Assembly (NCBI RefSeq): GCF_030684315.1
Contig: NC_081387.1
Location: forward strand, 1,778,497-1,842,496
Length of the DNA stretch: 64,000 bases
Reading direction: 5' to 3'
Origin: Stegostoma tigrinum
Lineage: Eukaryota
Positions 37,045-49,500 of this stretch are shown here, one piece after another. Position 1 is the stretch's first letter. Each line of letters opens with the position of its first letter. Under the pieces are notes generated by a model that was not told the origin of the DNA, did no database searches, and was given only the letters and a program-made list of their open reading frames with translations. The position numbers and the translations under genes were made by a program.

Positions 37045-37725
37045 TGCCTTGGATATGTGGGTCTTCTTCCTCTAATTTCCAGTTAAACACATACGAGGCC
37101 TCACTAATGTAAAAGCCTTTGAGGATGAAGAATGCTATTCCCACTCTAGAAATCGCTGTCAAATATTTACCAGGGGAACTGAGAGAGCAACTGCAATAAA
37201 TGAGGTTTTATTCAGATAGGGCGATGACAAGTTTAAATCCCCACCTGATCTGCTGTTCAAAGTCACCTCCGTTTCACCGGTCAGGAAACTCATGTTGCTG
37301 CAGAAATATTTGGATTGACTGTGAGAGACGTCAATCAGAGAGCCCACCCACTCTGCCCACTCTCTCCACTTCCTCTTCCAGAGCGGGTTCACTTCCTATA
37401 GGGACTGAAAACCAAGTGAGGAGATGGTGAGTGAAGGAGCAGCTTTTATACAAATTGTATCCCATAATATCCACACCAATCTTCAGGCAGTCTGACTGTC
37501 CTGTGGGTAATCGGGGTGGAAATGTCCCTTATGCTGTGTGAGAAGAACCAGCTGAGAGAGCTATTTACTCGGTGCTTTGCGCTGAACTGTTGACTGGAGC
37601 TTGTATATTGTGTTGGACATTGTGTTTGTTGGAAGCATTTCCCTTCTGATTTCCAAGCTGAGTTTCGTTGCTGGCTCATTCCTGAATATGAGAAGGTGAG
37701 CTGTATTTGGGAGCTGGTTATTATT
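37045..37725 (+). promoter_or_regulatory. ZNF promoter/exon-1 cassette, copy 5
   Basis: Core ~96% identical to copy 1. Donor at 37426/37427, matching acceptor ttttacag| at 38519. Its back end abuts ZNF-C. Confidence 0.65.
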
Positions 37726-38519
37726 CCTGCCAAATGTGGATAGTCAGTTCTTGTGTGTTGGCCTCTGAGTCTTGCTTGTCTTTTCAAACTCCTCCAAGAC
37801 AACTTGCAATGTCAAAGTGCTATAAGTGATGGACTTCATGTAAGGCAGAGCAGGTGGTTGTAGCAGGTTCCCTATTCTCAGGAACAATGTTTGGGGCCTT
37901 AAGGCAAGCTGAAAGTTTTTATATTCTTATTTTCATTCTGAAATTTCATGCAGTTGAAAGTAATATGAAATTTCAAATTGCATTAAATTCATATCCAGCA
38001 CCATAGAAATTCAGCTGCTAAACCTGGAGACACATGTCTTTTTATGCATTCTTTAAAGATTTAGAGCCTCAGGCTTTGCCAAAAACTTGGGCATGGATTT
38101 GATAGTTTTGCCCAATGGTATGACTGATACCTGAATTTGAGACATACAGTCAGAGCAAATGCAGTGTATCTAATTTCCCAAGAGAAAGCAGAACCCCTCA
38201 ATCAGCTACATTGAAGTAATATGGTAATACATTCCTTAGATTTTAGCACTTCCTGCCCAGTGTGTTTTCTTCAAATAAACTTTTGAGAAGTAAGTAGAGA
38301 ATTTCAAAATCTCAACTGAAGTGTCGTTTTTCTTGAGTGCTTTTTTTCTGTTAAACACATACTCCCAAAATAAAGCATTCACTAGCATAACTCAATTCAT
38401 AGTGAACTAACAGCCACTTATAGATTCCAACTGCACACTTTCTAACTGAGGAATCTGTCTCTTCAGCAAAGGAGATGGGGCAGTTGGAAGAAATCATGTT
38501 TCTTCTTCCTGTTTTACAG

Positions 38520-41045
38520 AAGGTTTGCACCATATTACACCAGAGGACACAGAGGGGATAGACACTGCAGATAGATCCCGACCATACCCCAAGGAATAAT
38601 TGCACAATTGTGGGAAGACATCCAGTCACTTTACAGCATTGCTCCACACAGAGAAGGTTGCACAGTGAAACCATCATCTGGAACTCGTTTGAGTCAGGAG
38701 AGCTTTGACACAGCATCAGATCTGAAACTGGTCAGTAGCATGGAGCCTTCCAATCGAAGCAGCCTTTCTGAAGGTTGGGCTGTGAGTGACTGGTCAAAGT
38801 GAAGCTGGGAAGAAGTGTGAGACGGTCCAACTATAATGACAGCTTCAATCAGTCATTGAGCCTTATGAACCACCAACTGATTCTCACGGGGGAGAGGCTG
38901 TTCTAATGTAAGACAGGAAGAAGGCTCTAGGACAGCGACACGGAAGAGGAAGTTCTCAGGTTTGAGATGTGTGAGAGATTTTGCAGAGTCTCATGAATCT
39001 TCGATGCATTCACAAAGCGGAGAAGCCATAAAAATGTGAGGTTTGAAACAAAGGCATCATGCAGTTATCAGTTTTTGTGAACCACCCAGAGAAAAAGCCA
39101 TATCAGGTGGCCAATATGTAATAATTCATTCTCGCAGTTGCCAAATCTTCACAAACACCACTGAATTTGCATGGAGGAGAAACGCTTTGTGCAACACATC
39201 ATTCCCCACTTCATCAAGACTTGGAGTTGGGTCAGAAGCCATTCACGTGAAAAATGTAATAAAGCAATTTCAGTGTCATCATGCCTCTCTGTACACCAAA
39301 GCATTGGCACAGTGAAGAAACCATTCAAATACAAGATATGCGACAAATCATTCCCATCAACATTGAAACTATGTAAACCAAAGCATTCACATGAGGGAGA
39401 AACTATTCATGTGTGAGGTATGCGACAAATCATTCCCATGATCAGAGCACCTCCACGTGCATCAAAGCGATTCGCCCAGGAGAGAAACTATTCCTTAATG
39501 TGTGCAACAGATTGCTCTTACAATTAGGTTACCTGTGAACACATGAATATATCCACATTGTTCAAGTGTGAGGCATGTGACAAATCATTCTCTGACTCAT
39601 CACAACTCCTGCGCAGTCAGAGGATTCACGGGAGAAACCATGTAGGTGACAAAGCATTCTCTATATTGTCCACCCTCCACAGAAACCAATGCATTCACAC
39701 AGGAAAGAAACCATTCATGTGCAAGGTATGTGACAAATATGCTCACCATCGTCCCAGCTCCTCATATATCAACATGACCACACGGGGGAGAAACCACTCG
39801 TGTAGGTTATGTAACTAATCATTCTCATGGTCAGACAGCCTTTGCAGACACTAGCAGTTTCACATTGTAGAGAAATCATGAGCATGGGATATCTGCAACA
39901 AATCATTCTCCAGGTGTTGCACTGTCCTGCATTATCAGAGGATCCAAATGGGAAGTAACCCCTCAACGCTATGGACATATGGTGGTGGTGTGGTGCTGTA
40001 CCGGATCAGTAATCCAGAGCCATAAACTGAAGTTCTGGGGTACATAAACTGAATACAATCTGGAACTAAAAACTCATCTAATATAATGTAAACATTGTCC
40101 GTTGTAAAAATTTGTGTTGTTTACTAAAACCCTTTAGGGCAGGAAATCTTCCCTTTGTACCTGGTTCGCCTTCTGAAATTGCCGAACAAGCCATTCAAAC
40201 TGCTACAAAACATAGGAAAATAAATAAACCAGACAGATCATCCAACATCGACTTGGCCAAAGCAAAGGAAAAACTGTCCACTCATTGGAGACGCTTATGG
40301 GTGTTGTCATCAACTCATCTCCAGGATATCTCTGCAAGAGTTCCTCAAGTGAGGCATTTTCTTATCAAACTGTGTAGCGATGTCATTACACACCTTTGCA
40401 AGAGGTAGGACTTGAACTCGGCCTCTTGGTTCAGAGGTAGAGATATTATCACTGTCCCTCAAGAGCTGTCGTTCTTCAGGTTAGAGTCCTAGGCCCAGCT
40501 ACCTTCAGCTGCTTCATCATGACATTCCCTCCATCACAAGGTCAGAAATGGGGTTGTTCCCCAATGGCTGTACAATATTCAGCATCATTTGTGACTCCTC
40601 AGATACTAAATCAGTCCACATCCAAATGCAACAAGACCTGGACAATATCCAGGCTTGGGTTGAAAAGTGGCAAGTAACATTTGCACCACACAAATGCTTA
40701 GAACTGACTATCTCCAATAAGAAATAATCTAACCACAGCCCTGAACATTTAATAGTGATACCATGTCTAAGTCCCCACTGTCATATAGCCTGTGTGTTAC
40801 CATTGAGTAGAAACTCAACTGGACCTGCCATATAAATGTAGGTGACAAAGCATTCTCTATATTATCCACCCTCCACAGAAACCAATGCATTTACACAGCA
40901 GAGAAACCATTCATGTGCAATGTGTGCAGCAAATCATTCTCGTAATCATGCAGCCTCCTGCTCTGTCAGCGCATCCACACAGGCAAGAAATCATTCACAT
41001 GCAAGGTATGTGACAAATTTGCTCAAATCTTCCCATATTCCTTGA
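38520..41045 (+). pseudogene. C2H2 ZNF pseudogene 2, with SINE/LINE inserts at ~39980-40835
   Basis: Shared acceptor and leader followed by heavily disrupted fingers (KKPFKYKICDKSF, HTGKKPFMCKVCDK). Confidence 0.88.
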
Positions 41046-41132
41046 GGTAGATTCCTATAAGTGTAAATCAAAGGTTAAGAATACAGCACGAAGTAACTCA
41101 TCTCCATATTTTCCAATGCTAGTACACGATGT

Positions 41133-41422
41133 GGGCAGCATGACGGCTCAGTGGTTAACTCAGCTCCAGGAGCCCGGTTTCAATTGCAGCCTTGAGAAAC
41201 TGTGGGCTTTGCATGGTTTTCCCTGTGTTTGTCAAGGTTTCCTCCAGGTGATCTGGTTTGCTGCCACAGTACGAAGATGTGCGGGTTAGGTGGATTGGCC
41301 ATGCTAGGTTGTCTCCTAGTGTCCAGGGATGTGCAAATTAGGTTCTGGTGGGATGCTGTTTAGAGGGTCGATGCAAACTTGATTCGCTGAATGACACTCT
41401 TTCTGCACTATGGGAATTCTAT
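41133..41422 (+). mobile_element. HE1-type SINE, older
   Basis: Head and V-domain homology. Confidence 0.8.
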
Positions 41423-41559
41423 ATGTTCTGTAGATCTTCAAGACAGTTGGGAGTGTGATAGAATGCATGACGATTCACCTCTGCAATCTGCATCTGTAAC
41501 TTCCCAACTTCATTTACTACAGTCCATTTATTTACAGACATTCACATTACTCTGATTTG

Positions 41560-42240
41560 GTCATCGCTTCTTTCTCCCTGACTCTAACTTCACCTATTCA
41601 ACTTACTGCTCTCTATGCTAGCACTAACTATGCCTTTCATTATTTTGCATGCCCTGGTATCTCCTACATTTTCTTGGTCCCCACTCCCCTGCCAAATTAA
41701 TTCGAAGCCTTCATAGTAGCACTAATAAAATATCACATAAGTAATTCAGTCCCAGTTCAGTTTAAGTACAACATAACTGTCTTCAAGGGGTGCCATCTTC
41801 CCAAGAGCCAGTTCCCAGAGAATCTAAAGCCCTCCCTCCTGCATCATCTTTCCAGCCTCATATTCATTTGCTTATCTGCCAATTTCTGTAATCACTAGCA
41901 CATGGCTCTGGACTAATCCCAAGACTGCTACAATGCTACTTCTGAACTTTCTGCCTCGCTCCCTAAATTGCAATTGTAGGACAACATCGCCCTCCATAAG
42001 CCATTGACACCAACATGGACCAGATGTCTGGATGGGCATTTTCCCCTCACAGAATATTGTGTAGCTAATCTATGACATCTTTAACCCTGGCACCAGGGAG
42101 GCAATATACGATCCAGGAGTCACATTGAGGGTCACAGGAATATGTGGCTGTTCTGATAACTAATGAGATACATATCACTGCTGTTCCTCCTTTCTCTGCC
42201 TCCCCTCTTGTATCTTCAGGCCACTTGTAGTGCAAGTACA
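41560..42240 (-). mobile_element. CR1 ORF1 (esterase) fragment
   Basis: DGTP..RQL/ARVK/HVGVNG-like SGNH remnants; homologous to 59900-60400. Confidence 0.65.
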
Positions 42241-42617
42241 GTCAGGAGCATTTATATGCTTAATAAACCAACAAACAAAGAAACTGGAGTCTTGTCTGAT
42301 CACTGTAAGTGAGGAGGGTGGGTGAACTCTCACTTCAGACCCATAAATGCATTTTACACTGGTTGATTTATGTTGTCTTTCAAAATTGTGATGTCAGAAC
42401 TTCATCTTAGATCTCAGTCTTAACCGGGATAGGGCCTAAATAGAAGTTCAGAGCTTCAGTACAAATGAGGGAGATTTTTTTGAAACTGGGAACATCAAGC
42501 CTCTATGATGTTACCTTGCCACCAGATACAGAAAACAAATGTAGAATTTATTTTGATAAAAGTCGGAGACAGTGCTTGGGGGTTGATCTAAAAGAGTCAT
42601 GGTGGTGCACTCTATCG

Positions 42618-42930
42618 GGGTGGCATGGTGGCTCAGTAGTCAGCTCTACCACCTCACAGCACCAGGAACCCAGGTTCAACCTCGGTCAACTGTCTGTGTG
42701 GACTTTGCACGTTCTCCCCGTGTCTTTGTGGGTTTCCAGCAGGTACTCTGTTTTCCTCCCACAGTCCAAAGATGTGCAAGTTAGGTGGATTGTCCATTGA
42801 GTTCAGGGATGTGTAGGTTAGTTGCATTCGCCGCAAGAAATGCAAGGTTACAGGGATAGGGTCAGGGAATGTGTCTGGGTAGGATACTGTTTGGAGGGGT
42901 CAGTGTGGACGTGAATGGCCTGCTATCACA
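42618..42930 (+). mobile_element. HE1-type SINE
   Basis: Head and V-domain homology. Confidence 0.85.
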
Positions 42931-43859
42931 TCGAGAAATGACTTTCCATGTTCTTCAATGTACAATACGACAAATTGAGGTACACCATCATGATAAACAC
43001 TGGCAAACTCTATCCTCTCATTCGTAAACTATTTCTGTAATTCATTAACACAAGACTCACCATCTGTAGAACTCCAAATTTGACAATGTTCCTAGATATA
43101 GAAAAAAATGACCTAAAAAAGACAAAAATAATTACCCTCATTAAAAAAATAACAGAATCTGAAGAGTACATAATATTTCTCCAAGAACCATGTGAGGATA
43201 TGTTTAACCGCCACAGGTCCAAGATGTAAAATCCAGGATTGTGGTGCACTCCCTCCTGCTATGCTCCGTACCTGGAGACCAAACCAACCTGGGATTCAGC
43301 TTCGAACCCTTCACCTTGCTGCTGAAATTATCGAGAAAGTCAAGAGGACACATTGACTATAAAAACTCATCAACAGATTGTTGGTTTTTAATGAGCCACT
43401 AACATGGGGATGTAATTTATCTGATGGGATGACAATAGACGTTGGACACTGACTATGTCTCTATAAAAGCTGTGACCACAACTTCCACATCACACTGACC
43501 ATTAGAGCGGGTTTCATACAAAATAGTCCAAAGTTTCGACTCCTTCTTCTGAAAAATATTCCTGTAATTTGCATTAAAATGGTTTAATATTGAAAACAAT
43601 CTTTCGAATGGAAAGATCTGTCCCAAAATCTCGTGGAAACCCAATATCTCCAAAAATATCTCGGACGTTACAGCAAAAACTCACATTTGGTGAGAAATTG
43701 TTGGAGAGATTTTCTCTGGAAGTGCCTTCCTGTGTTTGATGGAGTGAGGGACAGCCCATCTCCTCGAACATTAACTGAATTACAGCCCCAAACCCACAAA
43801 CCTCCCCCTTCACTGAGGTCGTTGAAAACCTCCACAGGGACTCAGCTCAATTCACCCAA

Positions 43860-44100
43860 ACCCCTCACAATCCCGCTCCGAACTACATTACCCATACTGC
43901 ACGTGGGGCCAGTGCCTGCGCAGCGAAGGCGGAAATAAAACAAATCGGCTGCATAAGGCCGCGGTGCCTGCCGGGGGTTGTAGTGCTGTTCCGCGCAGCA
44001 GCTGTTGTCAGGAGTTCAAATCTCAGCGCGCGGGCAGCGCCGCAGTCACGTGGGCGGTTTGGGGTTCCACGTGCGCTTTTGTCAATGGCGGCCTGAACCG
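43860..44100. promoter_or_regulatory. CpG-rich promoter-like element
   Basis: Local CpG enrichment; ZNF143-like actacattacccatactgc (43882-43900); three CACGTG (43900, 44047, 44068); tgcgca, cggaa, gggcgg. Confidence 0.65.
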
Positions 44101-44197
44101 GTTTATTTTAACGCTTTTCCTCTCGTTAAAAACCAAAGAACTACGGATGCTGGAAATCAGAAACAAAAGCAGAGAATTACTGGGAAAATGCAGCAGG

Positions 44198-44513
44198 ATT
44201 AGATTAGATTCCCTACAGTGTGGAAACAGGCCCTTCGGCCCTACAAGTCCAAACTGCCCCTTGAAGCATCCCACCCAGACCCATCCTCCCATAACCACAC
44301 ACCCCTGAACACTACGGGCAATTTAGCATGGACAATCCACCTAGCCTGCACATCTTTGGACTGTGGGAGGAAACTGGAGCACCTGGAGGAAACCCACGCA
44401 GACATGGGGAGAATGCGCAAACTCCACACAGACAGTAGCCCGAGGCTGGAATCGAACCTGGGTCCCTGGTGCTGTGAGGCAGCAGTGTTAACCACTGAAC
44501 CACCGTGCCACCC
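44198..44513 (-). mobile_element. HE1-type SINE nested in a Penelope terminus (44130-44585)
   Basis: Close to the 13747 copy; the flanks rejoin as cagcagg|tctggca of the family B end. Confidence 0.92.
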
Positions 44514-47500
44514 TGAATCTGGCATCATCAGTGTAGAGAAAGCAGAGTTTAACGTTTCGGGTCCAGTGACTGTCCTTCAGAAAGGTCCTCTCACTTCCTT
44601 CTTTAACCTTCGTGCCCTTCCATCACCTCCCATCGGCCTCATCCAGTCCCCATCACCTCCTTCCAACTCATGCTCTTCTCTCACTCCCCTTTGGCTCTCC
44701 CTTACGCATTCCCTTGTTGACAGCCCCACCACCTTCACCAGTCACCCTGTTCTCTCTCTCCCTCACCCTTGGGCTCAGACTCCTCACTTTGTGGATCGGT
44801 TATCTCTCAGTGTGGGTCCCCTCTGGAATGGAGCCCTTCACCAGCCTTTCCTGAGGAGCATTCAGCTGTAGGAAGATCCCAGAGCCCAGCTCAGCCACTC
44901 TGACCTATTCTCAGGCCAGTCCTTTGTGGATAGACACTCAGTCCCACCTTCTCTTTTAGATCGAAAGTGAGCCAGGTGGGGAATAGGAATTTCAATGTAG
45001 TCTCCATAATAGCAGCTTCTCCCTCTCTTTCACCTCCTTTCCCCCCTAATCCCAGGTTCTCAGTGTGAAAAATGGCGACTGCAAATACTCTGGGATCTTG
45101 TAGAGATCTCTGTCCTTTTGTACTAAAAAAAAACAAGCCCAAATTCTCAGAGAGTCACCACTGCTCCTAGCTGCCTCCACCTCACAGGGGATTAACATTC
45201 TTGGACCATTAATCTCTCGACCAAATTTTACCCAATTTACATCTCTCCCAGGCACATTCAACTTGCAGCTGACAGTATTTGCAATTTTATGTATCTGCAG
45301 AGAACCTGTTCTGTGGAGCAGCCTTTAAACACATTTGCGTATCATTCAGGTTACATTGTGACATAACACACAACGCAGAAAAGAGCTTCTCAATGTTCAA
45401 GTAGACGGCGACACATTTCCTGGAAGACTATGCCGTGGATAAAGTGAGAGCTGGACGTGTGTCTTATAAATGATGGTACATAATGTTTGCAGCATCAGAG
45501 ATCAGGTTTATGAGGGTAATTTTGGGAGACTGCGCTCTCAGAATTTTCAGTTGGTGGGAGTGAAGCCAGGGACAGATTTGCTTGGTCAGGAAGACTGATT
45601 GTCGAATGATGCTAAAACCTGGCCGTATGACCTTTTTACACCTCAGTTAAGAGGGGCCTCAGCTATCTGAACAATTTTTGGGTGAGTGCGTTTGCTCAGT
45701 TGGAATCCTTCCCATTCACTGGCACATTCTCAGGTTTTAAAATGGATCAGTAAACAAGACTATTCAGCCAGTTCTTTTCAGAACGCAAGTCTGCAAACAT
45801 TTTATTTAAATCGAAAGATGAATGAGTACAGTGTTTTAAGATGGAAGTTTGAAATTATATGGCTAATTAAGTTCAATTAAATCAGTTTCCTATATTTGAG
45901 CAATCAATTTTCCTCAGTTTAAGTCTCACAAAAAATATAACTGATGTAAGTTATTCAGTGTCTTCTTCATAGATCAGGCTAACAAAATAACACAAATGAA
46001 ACGTGCAGGGACACAATTTCCAATGGATTTTCACCACTTTTTTGCCAACCAAATCCACGCAAATAAATCTTCTTCTTCAGAACAGATACACAGCTTTTCC
46101 GCCCAGGACAATGTTTTCTAACGGTGTGTCTGGAGATGGACTTTTCAATCATGAGGGAAATTTCTCGACTCTTACTCTCCAGTTCGTAATGCACCTTGTC
46201 ACGATATGAGTGGCCAATATACTCTGTAATTTAACACAATTAGCCTTGCCATTTCTGCCTAATTCATTTAGATTAAGGAACAATAAACTGATCAGCGTGT
46301 TTCTTACTTTGATTTTGAAAACACATCTCAATGCAAATGGAACAAAGTTTTGTTTATGATTTACCACAATTAGATTTAAATGACTTCGAACCGAATTGTG
46401 CCTCAAATTCTAACCTGTAAATTCTCTTTGTAAGAAGGCCTTTTTTCTTTGAAAGTTATTTGCAAAATAAATACCTTACAGTCTGTTTGAGTTTAAAGAT
46501 CATTCTCATAATACAATTAACAAGTATTATTCATCATTTGCAGATTATATCACTGAAATTTTTAAATGTTGCGAAAAATCTGCCTTCTGAACTAGTATGC
46601 AACCACAGTTACTAACACAAATGTAAACTATTCTGAAGAATGTAACTTTTTAGTACACGTAATTGATGGAGTTAACAGAAGTTCAGTTTTATTTTCAAAA
46701 TGTGTGTGATTTAATCGTGTAAAAGTAAAAACGAGTTTTAACCAAACTTTTTAAAACAGCTGAAACATAAACACATATTGCTGAAGAAACTCGGGGGCAA
46801 CTGTGTAGAGAAAGTGGAGTTCAGAATCACTGGACCCACAACTTTGGCGGGTTTTTTTTTGTTTTATTTTAAAAGAGCTATTTGTCAATCCAATATATTT
46901 AATAACAATGTATTCAAGTTGGCGATTTGCAGAAATCATTGACAGTAGAATAATATGGCACGTGTTTACTGTCAAGAAATCACCTATTACTCCCCAAATC
47001 CTCTTAGCTCATTCAATAAATTTTAGCCCAATGATATTCGGGTAAATGAAGATCATTGATTCTCCAAAATACCACGTCAGTGATAAGACGGAAGAGATCC
47101 GCCCATACCATTGCTCGCAAGCAGTGAGTGATACATTTTCCCTGGGATAAGATCACAATAATTATATAATTATTCATAAAAAGAGAAACCATGAATCGCA
47201 AACAAGATTCACGATGAAACGAGTCAGTTTTGCAGTATTTTGGTGTAAATTGTAATTTAGTTCCGGATATGTTGATATATTTTCTGAAAATTACTGTGGC
47301 TGGAATTGCACATGCGAAGCGGTAGTAATATAAAATTGCAATCTAATAAATATGAATGAAATGTTTCAAAATAATCATTTCAGAAAAGGACGTGGAAAGA
47401 TCCAAACAGCTTCTTATAAAAACATAAATTTCCTTCAGCTGGAAACTTTCCGCGGCAAATCAAATGTGGTGTAAACTCAAAGGAAATTACTAGCCAGTAT

Positions 47501-47639
47501 TTTTTAAAATATGTATGTGAGGAATGAACATCAAAATAATGGGTTAAAATAATTGTAGGAAAGCCAATAAAAACTAAGAAAGTAAGCATAACTTTATTGA
47601 CTAAAAGTACTGAGAATGAAATCAGTGGGTCTCCTTTAG

Positions 47640-49500
47640 AGTCAATAGAGATTTGCAGCACAGGAAATGGCCCTTCAGCCCCTTGCATCTGCACTGGACA
47701 AAGAAAATTATTAAACAATTCTATAACTATTTTTTACCTTTTGACTCAAAGCCTTGGATGCCTTGGCCTCTAAACGTTACACCTAAATGTTTCTTAATTG
47801 TTATGAAGGTTTCTAGCTCTACCACAATTACAAGGACTGAGTTATGGATTTTTCCGACCCTCTACATGACAAAGGTCTTTTTCCTCACATTCTCCCTAAT
47901 CACTCTGCCCCTTAGCTATAAACTATGATCCCTCCAACCAGTAGAAAAGTCTCTTCTTATCTAACCAATCCCTCATAATTTGATATATCTTAAACATGGC
48001 TCCTCTCAATATTATCTGTTCTGAGGCAAGCAACTCCAGTCTGCGCAATCTGTCATTACAACTGAAAATTTCCTGCAGAGACATAATCTTGGTAAATCTA
48101 CTTAGCACCATCTCCGGAGCAATCACAGACGCCCCCCCGCCTACCCCCGTCATCATCACCACTCCCCCCCCCCCCCCCCACCCATAATGTGGACACTAGA
48201 ATCTGTACACAATTGCCTGGTTGTGGTCGTTTCAACAAATTTTAAGGCTCAACATAACTTCTGCTACTAAAGGTGGATTTACCGCATGAATTTTTAACAC
48301 TTTATCCATCTATCCTAATTCCTTGACATGAATGCCAGGATCTATCCGATCCTTATTACTTGTATTCCCTCGCCTAGTTTGCCTGCCAAAGTGCATCACC
48401 TCACATTGACTAGACTGAATTTCATTTGCCACGAATCAGCCCATCTGCCTAGCCCATCTACATTCTCCCATAATTTAAGGCTATACTCCTTATTATTCAC
48501 CAACTCAGCAATTTTGGTTTCATCTGCAAACTTACAGATCAACCTTCCTGCATTCAAGTCGAAAGCACTTCTATACACATATATAAAACAAGCAGCAATA
48601 GCCCCTATACCGACGCCGGTCTGCCTATCCTGGACACAGGCTTCACGTCAGGAAACCACCACTTTCTGCTTCCTGACACTTATCCAATTGTGGTTCTATT
48701 TTGCCAAAGTTCTTTGGATCCTATGGATTCTGTCAGTCTCACATTTCGGACCTTATGATAAGGCTTGGTGATGTCCAAGCAGTCAACATCAAAAACGTTT
48801 TTCTCATCAACCCACCTGGTTACGTGTTTGAAAAATTCAAATTGTTGAAACATAGCATCCCCTTTGCAAACCAATGTTGACTGTTCTTGATGAATCCAAA
48901 CACCACCAAGTTGAAATTAAATGATAATATTAATTATGACAGTCAGGATTGTTTCCAGTAGGGTCCCTACCATTGTTTGGCCTGTCGTTTCCGAATTTAT
49001 CTCTTGCTGCCTTCTTGAATAAAGAATAGAATCCCTACAGTGTGGAAACAGGCCATTTCGTCCAACAAATCCACGCCAAATCTCTGAAGACCATCCCACC
49101 AGAGTGATTCCTCCCCCAACCTATCCCTGTAATCCTGCATTTCCCATGGCGAAACCACCTAATTTATACAGGCCTGGATACCATGAGCAATTTAGCACGG
49201 CCAATCCACCTAACCCGCACATCTTTGAACCGTAGAAGGAAACCAGAGCAACGGGAGGAAAGCCAAGCGGACACGGGAAAATTGGCAAACTCCACTCAAA
49301 CAGTCGTCCAAGGCCTTGCCGGACTACTCAAAACCTCTTCTCTGTCACAACTAATTTCTTTAATTGTATTGCCAACTTTCTCACTGAATTCTATTCCGTT
49401 CAGAACTCCACATGCATCCTCTGGCTCAACACACGGCTTATTTTTTCCTTCATTAACCGTTTACCCTTAATGTACCTTAAAAGATCTTAGGATTATTTTC
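47640..49500 (-). mobile_element. Decayed CR1 with a nested HE1 (-, ~49025-49310)
   Basis: ICKFADETKI and WADSWQMKF motifs. Confidence 0.85.

Noticed and set aside
40380-40465. tRNA-like sequence on the - strand (gagttcaagtcc, ctctgaa loop)
   Set aside because: No acceptor stem and embedded in repeats; most likely a SINE head.
43085-43230. Peptide MFLDIEKND...EYIIFLQEPC, faintly like a Penelope ORF N-terminus
   Set aside because: Too short and diverged to support.
44218-44871. 217-aa ORF
   Set aside because: Antisense HE1 SINE plus a PLE end and pyrimidine-rich sequence.
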